From the NCBI GenBank assembly GCA_043803405.1, contig JAZDKB010000003.1:1-64000 (forward strand): DNA of 64,000 bases, read 5' to 3'. Shown in pieces: positions 1 to 8,229 of the stretch (positions are counted from its first letter, which is position 1; every line of letters starts with the position of its first letter). The position numbers were made by a program, and so were the translations under genes. The stretch is from Spirochaetota bacterium. Its GTDB lineage: Bacteria; Spirochaetota; UBA4802; JAFGDQ01. The notes beneath the pieces were generated by a model. The model was not told the origin of the DNA. It was given only the letters and a program-made list of their open reading frames with translations, and searched no databases.

Positions 1-246
1 AATCCATGCTTCGCTTATGCCTGCGGCTGCCGAGAGCGCCAGGTCTCCGTAATTAAGCCCTATACCAGGCCACAAAACGCCTACGCCGTTTCCGTTCAGT
101 TCAACTCCTCTCCACCAGTACACGCTGTTGTATGAGAAAGACACGGGCACCGATATTTTTGAATCTTCCGCGTGCGCGGTTTTTGCCATGACAGCTGTTC
201 CCAGCATGATCATTGCTGATAATATAAAGTAAGTTATTCTTTTCAT
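1..246 (-). CDS. TorF/TIGR02001-like outer-membrane protein (partial; 3' end beyond window edge)
   Basis: Hand translation from the ATG at 246 (AAGGAG RBS upstream) gives MKRITYFILSAMIMLGTAVMAKTAHAEDSKISVPVSFSYNSVYWWRG..., a signal peptide followed by an SxYxWRG motif. It lies directly downstream of amtB-glnK, a usual context for this family. Not in the ORF track. Confidence 0.6.
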   Translation of the reverse strand, partial: MKRITYFILSAMIMLGTAVMAKTAHAEDSKISVPVSFSYNSVYWWRGVELNGNGVGVLWPGIGLNYGDLALSAAAGISEAWI

Positions 247-316
247 CTTGTCTTCTCCTTATGAAATTAATTATTTTATTATAATTTATTTTGCTGATTT
301 AAAAAAGATTTTATTA

Positions 317-343
317 CTATCCGCAGCAGTCTGCCGCGGATAG
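317..343 (-). terminator. Hairpin downstream of glnK (possible intrinsic terminator or stabiliser)
   Basis: Stem CTATCCGC (317-324) / GCGGATAG (336-343), followed on the minus strand by an AT-rich stretch ending in a T run. Confidence 0.45.
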
Positions 344-353
344 AATTAATTTA

Positions 354-692
354 CTAAAGCGCCTTATCGCCTTCTTCCTCAGTACGTATCCTGATACAAT
401 TGTCAATGCCTGAGATAAAGATTTTACCATCTCCGATGTTGCCTGTTTTGGCAGTTTTTATTAGAGCTTCGGAAATCCTGCCTGCATCAGAGTCTTTGAC
501 TACCAGTTCAATCTTCACTTTTGGAAGCAGGGAAACCCTGTACTCCTTCCCGCGCCATTGCTGAGTAAGGCCTTTCTGCTTGCCGTGTCCTTTTATTTCA
601 GTTATCATTATTCCTGCATATCCTGCATCTTCAAGCGCGGCAAGGACCTCGTCAACTTTTTCAGGACGGATAATTGCTTCAATTTTTTTCAT
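354..692 (-). CDS. glnK: PII nitrogen regulatory protein GlnK
   Basis: 112 aa, MKKIEAIIRP...GxGxQKG...EY...LLPKVKIELVV...GDGKIF; directly downstream of amtB. Confidence 0.93.
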   Translation of the reverse strand: MKKIEAIIRPEKVDEVLAALEDAGYAGIMITEIKGHGKQKGLTQQWRGKEYRVSLLPKVKIELVVKDSDAGRISEALIKTAKTGNIGDGKIFISGIDNCIRIRTEEEGDKAL

Positions 693-706
693 TGTATTTC
701 TCCTCC

Positions 707-2272
707 TTATTTAGACTTTGCGAGCGCTGGTTTTGGAAGCGGAGTTTCCGAATATTTATCCAGCTTTACTCCAACATAACCCGGCACTCCCATTTCCGGC
801 ACATCAAGACCGTCAAGTTCTGCATCAGCGGAAACGCGGTTGCCTACAACAAGATCAATCAGTTTAAACACTACAAACCCGATTATACCTACATACACAA
901 TATTCGAGCAAACGCCTATCAGCTGTGCTAACAGCTGGGAAGGATCGCCGTAAAATAATCCCTTCACAGTACCTGCAACTCCGTTCCAGCTGTCACCGTA
1001 AGTACCATCTGCAAAAAGACCCAGAGCAATACATCCCCACGCACCGTTCACACCGTGTACAGCGATAGCGCCGACTGGGTCATCTATCCTTAGCTTTCTT
1101 TCGATAAAGAAAGCAGCTTCAATAACAAGCACTCCGGAAATAAGCCCTATTATAGCTGCGCCACCTGCGCTAACAAAGCCGGATGGGGCAGTTATTGCCA
1201 CCAGGCCTGCAAGCATTCCGTTGCACATCATGCTCGGATCTGGCTTATGACCCCGAACCCACCACATCCATAACGTAGCAACAGCCGCACCTGTTGCAGA
1301 AGCAAGCATCGTATTTACAGCAACGACGCTGATTCGAAGATCGCCTCCTGCAAGGGTAGAACCGGGATTGAAACCGAACCATCCGAATGCAAGAATAAAA
1401 GTACCGATTATAGCCATCGGTATGTTATGACCCGGTATGGCGTTCGGGCTTCCGTCGCCGTTGTACTTGCCTATTCTCGCGCCTAAGAGTTTCGCGCCTA
1501 CCAGAGCAAGCACGCCGCCCGTCATGTGAACTACGGAAGATCCGGCAAAGTCAACATGGCCATGCCCTATTCCGAAATTTGCGCCAAGCGTAGCAAGCCA
1601 TCCGCCGCCCCATACCCAGTTGCCATATACGGGATATATTATAGTGCCAACAAAAAGGGCATAAATAAAAAACGCGGAATATTTCCATCTTTCCGCCATC
1701 GAACCCGTAGGAATGGTAGCGGTAGTATCCATAAATACCATCTGGAACAGGAACATCGCGAATACTCCGACATCATAAACGCCGCTCAGAAAAAATCCCT
1801 TTGTTCCGAAAAGGCCGAAAGTCTTTCCGAATAGTGTTATGGTGAACTCGCTGTTTAAACCGGCATATCCTCCCAGAGTGCCTAAAGCCCCTATCCCGCC
1901 GAACATTATCGCAAACCCGGCCATATAAAATCCGAGCATGCCAAGCGGATAAACAAGGAAATTCATGGCCATTGTATGAGCAACATTTTTGGCCCTTGTA
2001 AGCCCGGTCTCGACCATGGCAAAACCGGCCTGCATGAACATAACCAGAAAACCAGTGATCAATACCCAAACCATATTGATCGCAACTTTATTATGCCCTA
2101 CAGCATTTGCTACTTCCAGAAGAGTAGGCTCTCCGGGCTTTGCTGCAGTCACATCTGCTACTGTGCCTGTAATAGTACCGCCCGGATCTGCCGATCGTAC
2201 AGCATCAGCAAAAAGCGCTGCAGATGAAGCCAGTAAAATAACAGGCAGCATCAATTTGATAAACCGTTTCAT
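707..2272 (-). CDS. amtB: Ammonium transporter AmtB
   Basis: FMQAGFAMVETG, DFAGSSVVH, GWFGFNPGS and DDPVGAIAVHG motifs; both pore histidines present. Confidence 0.97.
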   Translation of the reverse strand: MKRFIKLMLPVILLASSAALFADAVRSADPGGTITGTVADVTAAKPGEPTLLEVANAVGHNKVAINMVWVLITGFLVMFMQAGFAMVETGLTRAKNVAHTMAMNFLVYPLGMLGFYMAGFAIMFGGIGALGTLGGYAGLNSEFTITLFGKTFGLFGTKGFFLSGVYDVGVFAMFLFQMVFMDTTATIPTGSMAERWKYSAFFIYALFVGTIIYPVYGNWVWGGGWLATLGANFGIGHGHVDFAGSSVVHMTGGVLALVGAKLLGARIGKYNGDGSPNAIPGHNIPMAIIGTFILAFGWFGFNPGSTLAGGDLRISVVAVNTMLASATGAAVATLWMWWVRGHKPDPSMMCNGMLAGLVAITAPSGFVSAGGAAIIGLISGVLVIEAAFFIERKLRIDDPVGAIAVHGVNGAWGCIALGLFADGTYGDSWNGVAGTVKGLFYGDPSQLLAQLIGVCSNIVYVGIIGFVVFKLIDLVVGNRVSADAELDGLDVPEMGVPGYVGVKLDKYSETPLPKPALAKSK

Positions 2273-2310
2273 ATAAACCTCCTTTGACTAATATGCTTAA
2301 CTATTAATTA

Positions 2311-2326
2311 AGCAAATAGCGTACCA
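2311..2326 (-). promoter_or_regulatory. sigma54 (-24/-12) promoter of amtB-glnK
   Basis: Minus strand reads TGGTACGCTATTTGCT (GG-N10-GC), 38 bp upstream of the amtB start. Confidence 0.8.
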
Positions 2327-2495
2327 GCAACGGAGGCAATGTGCGCATTCTGAATTTGTTAACATGGATGTAACTTCAGCAGGTAATTATTAATAATTTT
2401 TTAATAATATTATGGGATAGTAAAATATATATCAGATAAACGATATTAGATTATCACGGGAAAATAAGGAAAAATATTTAAAACCGATTCCGGAG

Positions 2496-2541
2496 GATAC
2501 AATATTGTGCAAAGAAGCCATAGCCGGCACAAATGTGTATC
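2496..2541. promoter_or_regulatory. Putative paired enhancer sites for a sigma54 activator (amtB)
   Basis: GATACAATATTGTGC (2496-2510) and GCACAAATGTGTATC (2527-2541) are a 12/15 inverted match. Their ACA-N4-TGT cores are 30 bp apart, and the first lies 173 bp from the -24 element. Confidence 0.55.
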
Positions 2542-2600
2542 AAAGCTATTTTACCGTATAAGGGCTTCCCTTGAGTTCGGATTAACATATCGGGATAAGT

Positions 2601-3053
2601 CTAAATAAATTTATAAAGACCGCGCATATTGCTCAATGCGAACCCTGCTTTTTTATAAAGATCAAGCGCTGCCGGATTTCGTTCGTCTGCTACAAGCTGA
2701 ACGCGGACAGCTCCCTTTGCTTTTCCCCATAGCAATAAATGTCGCATCAGCATAGTGGCAATGCCTTTGCCTCTGTACCCGGGGACCACAAAGAGATCTT
2801 CCAGCAGAACGGATAATCCTCCGGCAGCTGTTGAAACGACTGTCTGGCCTGTGATCATACCCGCAATAACAGCTCCATCCGCAGCGACAAAAACATCCTT
2901 GTTGTCGTCATTGATTAATAGATAAAGGGCTCTATCCTGTTTCCGGTAGCCGGCGTTAAAGTCCGTTTCTACCGCAAACAGCCCGGAGAGAAGATCGCAC
3001 AGAATATCAATATCGATCAATCTGGCTTTTCTGATTATTATATTATTTTGCAT
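2601..3053 (-). CDS. GNAT family N-acetyltransferase (last gene of nif cluster)
   Basis: LEDLFVVPGYRGKGIA acetyl-CoA motif A and N..A..LYKKAGF motif B. Confidence 0.9.
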   Translation of the reverse strand: MQNNIIIRKARLIDIDILCDLLSGLFAVETDFNAGYRKQDRALYLLINDDNKDVFVAADGAVIAGMITGQTVVSTAAGGLSVLLEDLFVVPGYRGKGIATMLMRHLLLWGKAKGAVRVQLVADERNPAALDLYKKAGFALSNMRGLYKFI

Positions 3054-3077
3054 AAATGTTTTTTTAGAGACACTGTC

Positions 3078-4637
3078 TTAATCATTCCCCACGAACTGAA
3101 ACCGCGTGGTAATCTTATTAACGATATTTAGATAGCTTTCGACAAACATAATAAGAATATCGCTTCCGCAGCATTCATCGCGATATACATTGCCCTCAAA
3201 CCCGGCTTCCATGCAGAACCTCTCTGACCGGACGGATTCGTCGCCATACAGACTCGAATGGAAACCGATTATTTTAATATCAAAATGAAATACCGATTTA
3301 AGGGCCGATATTACCGCATCCCATCCGGAAATACCGTTCCTGCTTATACATTTTACAGCATTGTTCTGGTTTATAAATTCCATAAAGACGGAGAACTCGC
3401 CTTTGTTTTGAGATTGTCCGTTAAGATAATGGATATTCTTTAAAATCCATATTGAATTTTTAATGTATCCCTGTCTGCACAGCAGAAGCAATATATCTGT
3501 CGCGGTTACTATCTTTTTTCTTTTCGCAATATTCTTAAATTCAGTAAATAATTCCCCAATATTTTCATCGGATAATTCCAGGCCGGACAGCTCTTTTATT
3601 TTTTCCTTTAATCCTGTATGTCCTGAATGTCTCGACATCACAAAGTCCATTGAAGGGGCGGATGATCTTTGAGGTTTGAGTATGGAATATGTCCGGCTGT
3701 TGCCGGACATGCCGTGCTGATGTATGCCGGACGAATGAGAATGCGTATGCGCCCCCAGTACGGGTTTGTTCGGATAAGGCCCCATACCCGCAGCGCTAAA
3801 CACTGCCCGCGCAGCATCCGCAAAATATTCCGGCCGTACGCCGGTATAAAGATTCCGGTAATAGTCCTCCCGCGCGCTGATCGCAGCAACAAGTTCTTCG
3901 AGAGCCGCATTGCCCGCGCGTTCGCCAATGCCGAGCAGAGTGCATTCCGCCTGTGCCGCGCCCGCCATAATCCCGGCAAGCGTATTGGCCAGTGCCAGTC
4001 CAAGGTCGTTGTGGCAGTGTACGCTTATAAGCGAAGAGCCGGCAGCAAACGCGGGAACATCCTTCATTAAATTTTTAATCAGCCTGGAAAACTCGGCAGG
4101 CTGCGCGTACCCCACGGTATCCGTAATATTTACTATATCCGCTCCTGCTTCAGCGGCAGCAACGCAGAACTCGGCAAGAAATTTATATTCAGTTCTGGCT
4201 GCGTCCTCTGCGCCCATCTCAACAACATCTGCAAATTTACGGGCAAATGCAACAGATTCAACCGCCATCTTTAAAATATCTTCCCTTGACTTTTTTATTT
4301 TATACTCGCGATGAACGGGCGATGTTGGAATGGTAATGTGAATATATTTTTTTGAGGCTCCGGACAGCGCCATGCCCGCAGCCTCAATATCGCCAGGCAG
4401 CGCACGCGCAAGCGCAGATACGGCTGAATTTTTTATTTCGGACGCGATCTCTCTGACTGCATCGTATTCCGCTTTTGAAGATGCCGGAAACCCGGCTTCT
4501 ATTATATCAACACCCAGTTTTTCCAGCAAAATCGCAATACGTATCTTCTCGTCTGTACTGAAGGCCATCCCCGGAGCCTGGTCCCCGTCCCGGAGAGTGG
4601 TATCGAGAATGATTATTTTACGCTTTGGTATTTCCAT
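3078..4637 (-). CDS. DRE-TIM Claisen-type synthase (LeuA-like; probable homocitrate synthase by context)
   Basis: DTTLRDGDQ, IEAGFP, HCHNDLG and GIGERAGN motifs; occupies the nifV position after nifB and the ferredoxin. Substrate not determinable from sequence. Confidence 0.75.
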   Translation of the reverse strand: MEIPKRKIIILDTTLRDGDQAPGMAFSTDEKIRIAILLEKLGVDIIEAGFPASSKAEYDAVREIASEIKNSAVSALARALPGDIEAAGMALSGASKKYIHITIPTSPVHREYKIKKSREDILKMAVESVAFARKFADVVEMGAEDAARTEYKFLAEFCVAAAEAGADIVNITDTVGYAQPAEFSRLIKNLMKDVPAFAAGSSLISVHCHNDLGLALANTLAGIMAGAAQAECTLLGIGERAGNAALEELVAAISAREDYYRNLYTGVRPEYFADAARAVFSAAGMGPYPNKPVLGAHTHSHSSGIHQHGMSGNSRTYSILKPQRSSAPSMDFVMSRHSGHTGLKEKIKELSGLELSDENIGELFTEFKNIAKRKKIVTATDILLLLCRQGYIKNSIWILKNIHYLNGQSQNKGEFSVFMEFINQNNAVKCISRNGISGWDAVISALKSVFHFDIKIIGFHSSLYGDESVRSERFCMEAGFEGNVYRDECCGSDILIMFVESYLNIVNKITTRFQFVGND

Positions 4638-4657
4638 AAAAACCGGCCGGATGGGTA

Positions 4658-4966
4658 CTATGAGATTAAATACTGTTCCGCAGGCTTCCCTGTTTCAAGG
4701 CTGTCCAGTATTTCGTCAATCGCCGAGTTGCTTTCAACTTTACCGTACCACCAGTTCTCCGGATAAATAATAAGCGCGGGTCCCCTGTCGCAGAGTTTAA
4801 GGCATCCTGTGCCGGAAACAACCACATCGTGCATTCCCCTGTCCGCAAGCTCGTTCTCCAGATACTGCACGAACTGCAGCCCGCCTTTTTTGTTGCACAC
4901 GCCCTGTGAATCCCCGCCAGCCCTGAAGCTGGCGCATACAAAGATGTGATGTTCTGGTTTTTTCAT
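4658..4966 (-). CDS. Thioredoxin-like [2Fe-2S] ferredoxin
   Basis: MKKPEHHIFVC...C...TGCLKLCDRGPALIIYPENWWYG; start re-called to the ATG at 4966 with a GGAG RBS. Confidence 0.9.
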   Translation of the reverse strand: MKKPEHHIFVCASFRAGGDSQGVCNKKGGLQFVQYLENELADRGMHDVVVSGTGCLKLCDRGPALIIYPENWWYGKVESNSAIDEILDSLETGKPAEQYLIS

Positions 4967-5037
4967 TTGTTTTCTCCGTAAAAATTGATTGTTTTGAGCA
5001 ATTTTTGCCTTTGTGCCTGCCCATGGCAGGGCTGTCT

Positions 5038-6294
5038 CTATCCGCATCCTGTGCCTGTTCCTCCGCATGTTTTGCCAATTCCGCAGCCTGCTTTTCTTAA
5101 CATTATTCCGGGTATTTCACCGCCCTTAAAAAGCTGCTGTGCAGCTTCGTTTATTAACCCCTCCATCTCAATTACGCGTATGCCGGAATGCTCAAGTATT
5201 TCCTTCGGTCTTTTGCCTATTCCGGACACTAAAACAGCGCCGCAGTCGCTCAGCAGTATTGCCATTTCGTTCCAGCGTGCGTCACCTCCTCCGGGTATCG
5301 GCGTGAACCTCCTGTCAATAAGCTGCGGCTTCCCGTCGGAAAATCCGAATATCCACAGGGAGGGAGCCTCGCCAAGATGCTGGTTGACCAGAAGCCCTTC
5401 CATGCTCGCAGCTGCAATAAACGGACGTTCTTCTGTAATATAATTTTTCGAATGGCTTTCCAGCAGGTCAGTTATTTCAGCAGAATTTTCATGCCCCAGC
5501 ATTCCTGCGGCATCAGCCCTGCACCGCATGCAGTGACTCATCTGCCCGATATATCTGCCGGCTTCGCTGCGGATCGCGTCCATTTCTTCATTCGGCATGG
5601 GCTCCATGTTCTCAAAGGCAGTGCCTGCAACGTGATATAACGGAACGCAGTTTTGAATATCTGCGCCCAATGCAGCAATTTTTTTTGCTATGCCAGCAAC
5701 TTCTTTATCATTGATGCCCGGGATCACGACAGTGTTTATCTTTACTGTTATCTTGTTTTGCTTAAGCAGGATAATCCCTTCGGTCTGTCTTTCCAGAATT
5801 ATGCCGGCAGCGTCTTCGCCCCTGTACATTTTTCTGCCGTATCTTGCCCATTCGTATATTCTGCCGCCTGTCTTTGCATTAAGTGCATTGACCGTTACGG
5901 TCACATGGCTTACTTTAAGCTTCGCAAGCTCCTCCGCGTATTCCGCAACTTCAAGCCCGTTCGTGGCAACGCACAGAATAATATCCGGATACTTGTCCCT
6001 CACAAGAGAAAGCGTATTAATTGTTTCGGACGGGTTCGCAAAAGGATCTCCCGATCCCGCGATACCCACTACCGATATGTTGCCAAGCTTTTCAATAACT
6101 GAATCAAGATATTTTACAGCCTGTACTGGCGTGAGAACAGCGCTCGTTACTCCCGGCCTTGATTCGTTGATGCAGTCTGTCTTCCTGTTGCAGTAACCGC
6201 ACTGCATGTTGCATAGCGGCGCCACAGGCAGGTGTATCCTCCCGAATTTGTGCCGCGCGTCAGCGCTGAAACACGGATGACTGTTTGCATTCAT
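5038..6294 (-). CDS. nifB: FeMo-cofactor biosynthesis radical SAM protein NifB with C-terminal NifX-like domain
   Basis: HPC, CNMQCGYC, ESRP, TVTVN and CMRCRADAAG motifs plus VNQHLGEA NifX-like tail. Start re-called to the ATG at 6294 (AAGGAGG at 6301-6307). Confidence 0.95.
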   Translation of the reverse strand: MNANSHPCFSADARHKFGRIHLPVAPLCNMQCGYCNRKTDCINESRPGVTSAVLTPVQAVKYLDSVIEKLGNISVVGIAGSGDPFANPSETINTLSLVRDKYPDIILCVATNGLEVAEYAEELAKLKVSHVTVTVNALNAKTGGRIYEWARYGRKMYRGEDAAGIILERQTEGIILLKQNKITVKINTVVIPGINDKEVAGIAKKIAALGADIQNCVPLYHVAGTAFENMEPMPNEEMDAIRSEAGRYIGQMSHCMRCRADAAGMLGHENSAEITDLLESHSKNYITEERPFIAAASMEGLLVNQHLGEAPSLWIFGFSDGKPQLIDRRFTPIPGGGDARWNEMAILLSDCGAVLVSGIGKRPKEILEHSGIRVIEMEGLINEAAQQLFKGGEIPGIMLRKAGCGIGKTCGGTGTGCG

Positions 6295-6338
6295 ATTGTA
6301 CCTCCTTATTCCCTCCTCATCAAAGCGACATTCACTCT

Positions 6339-6574
6339 CAGATTGCTTCCCCTGCCAAGGGCAGGGCTGTCTCATGCTAAATAGCATTTGTATTAGACTA
6401 CCATACTTGCATTCCATCACAATTACCCTTTCGTCCCCCTAACCCCCAAAGGGGGCACATTCTTGTAAAAAAATAAATTATTCGCCATAATAATTTCCAG
6501 GCCGGTGCCCCCTCCGGGGGTTAGGGGGCCGGGAGCATACCCGATTTACAACTAAAATAATCTACGTGAGGCCG
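6339..6574. repeat. Palindromic MITE/REP-like element, copy A (nifN-nifB spacer)
   Basis: Internal inverted repeat CCCCCTAACCCCCAAAGGGGGCAC (6435-6458) / GTGCCCCCTCCGGGGGTTAGGGGG (6505-6528). 6339-6530 matches 7998-8189. The right arm matches the reverse complement of about 27341-27390. Confidence 0.85.
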
Positions 6575-6600
6575 CGTTTCGCTGCCGAGGGGGTCTTCTG

Positions 6601-7956
6601 CTACTGATAACTATACCCCACAGCCGAAATGTTCTGCTTATGTTCAAGCAGCGTATTTACAATGGCATCGAAAATCCTCAGTGTTCCCCTGTACCCGATA
6701 TGAAGCATGCGCTGTCCCCCTATGCGGTCGTGTACTGGAAAACCAACGCGCACAAGCGGAACGCCGAGCTCACGCGATACATAATACGCCTTGCCTGGCC
6801 CTATAACAATATCGGGTTCAAGATCGCGCGACAGATCAAGAACGCGGGAAAAATCGGTATCCGCAAGCATGGCAGGTTTTTCTTTGCATGAACCGGACAC
6901 CAGCTGCATAGAACTGTTTAAAGTACCGCTGCCGGATGCAATGATCACGGGGACAATGCCGGTCTCCGCGCATAGACCGGCTATACCCGCAGCCATGTCC
7001 CCATCGCCAATGATTACCGCACGCTTCCCAAATACATATTTGTGCCCGTCGATATAAGAATCAGCCAGCCTGCCGCGCTCTTTAGCGTATTTCTCTGGAA
7101 TACCGCACCCGGTAATTTTTTTTATGAGCCCGAAGAATCTGTCGGTCTCGTCTATACCGATGGGAAGCCCCATTGTTTCCCCGCTTACTCCGCAACTTTT
7201 TTCCAGGTAATCCGCCGCATTCTCAAATCCAATGCCTCCAAGCTGTAAAGTGGCACTCGCCCCGCCCATGCTGCGTATGCTGCTTACAGGCGTGCCTCCT
7301 GCGGAAATCTTTAAATACTCTTCCCATGTTCCTCCGTCCATTGTCTCGGAATAATCCGGGAATACCACAGCATCGATTTTCATATCGTAAAATATTTCCT
7401 TAAGATGCCTGATGTCTTCTGAAGAAACAAATCCCGGTATAATATTAATGCTTTTCATTTGCCCGCTATTTTGCGCAAGGGCGCGTATTGAGCACACTAT
7501 TGCTTTAAAATATCCGTCAATATGGCTTCCGCTGTAACTCGGCGTAGATGCGTAAATGATGGGCGGCGCATCATCGATCCCGCGCTTTGCATATTCCCTT
7601 ATCAGCATATCCACGTCATCGCCAATAGTCTCGGACAAACAGGTGCTTGCTATTCCAATCGCAGCCGGGTTGTACTGATGTATAACGTTATCAAGAGCAG
7701 TATGCAGATTCACCCGCCCGCCGAAAACAGCGCTAGCCTCGGTAAAGTTAGAAGACGCAATATCCATCGGTTCCCGGAAATGGCTGATTATGTATCGCCG
7801 TATATATGTGGAGCATCCCTGCGATCCGTGTATAAGAGGGATGCATCCCTCAATCCCCCTGAACGCAAGGCTCGCTCCAAGAGGCGCGCACATCCTGCAC
7901 GCGTTTCTCGTAGCAGTGAAAGTCCGCTTGTCTTCATTTGTGTAAGTAAGATTCAT
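6601..7956 (-). CDS. nifN: FeMo-cofactor scaffold subunit NifN
   Basis: Nitrogenase component-1 beta-type fold (NACRMCAPLG, HGSQGCSTYIRRY, STCLSETIGDD, VGFPVHDRIG); between nifE and nifB. Start re-called to the ATG at 7956. Confidence 0.9.
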   Translation of the reverse strand: MNLTYTNEDKRTFTATRNACRMCAPLGASLAFRGIEGCIPLIHGSQGCSTYIRRYIISHFREPMDIASSNFTEASAVFGGRVNLHTALDNVIHQYNPAAIGIASTCLSETIGDDVDMLIREYAKRGIDDAPPIIYASTPSYSGSHIDGYFKAIVCSIRALAQNSGQMKSINIIPGFVSSEDIRHLKEIFYDMKIDAVVFPDYSETMDGGTWEEYLKISAGGTPVSSIRSMGGASATLQLGGIGFENAADYLEKSCGVSGETMGLPIGIDETDRFFGLIKKITGCGIPEKYAKERGRLADSYIDGHKYVFGKRAVIIGDGDMAAGIAGLCAETGIVPVIIASGSGTLNSSMQLVSGSCKEKPAMLADTDFSRVLDLSRDLEPDIVIGPGKAYYVSRELGVPLVRVGFPVHDRIGGQRMLHIGYRGTLRIFDAIVNTLLEHKQNISAVGYSYQ

Positions 7957-7997
7957 TCCAGTTCCTCTTAATCCTAATGTCATTCCTTATGGGTGCA

Positions 7998-8192
7998 CAG
8001 ATTGCTCCCCCTGCTAAGGGCAGGGCTGTCTCATGCTAAATAGTATTTGTATTAGGCTACCAAACTTACATTCCATCGCAATTACCCCTTTGGCCCCCTA
8101 ACCCCCAAAGGGGGCACATTCTTGTAAAAAAATAGATTATTCGCCATAATAATTTCCAAGCCGGTGCCCCCTTTGGGGGTTAGGGGGCCAAA
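7998..8192. repeat. Palindromic MITE/REP-like element, copy B (nifE-nifN spacer)
   Basis: Perfect 29-bp inverted repeat 8089-8117 / 8164-8192; direct repeat of copy A with about 14 mismatches in 192 bp (hand count). Confidence 0.88.
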
Positions 8193-8229
8193 TTAGCACT
8201 CCGCATCCTTTCCTATCCCATCTTTCTTC

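Noticed and set aside
4967..5068. N-terminal extension of the [2Fe-2S] ferredoxin
   Set aside because: It overlaps nifB; the RBS and family N-terminus support a start at 4966.
6295..6420. N-terminal extension of NifB in the ORF track
   Set aside because: It is translated from repeat copy A; a strong AAGGAGG precedes the ATG at 6294.
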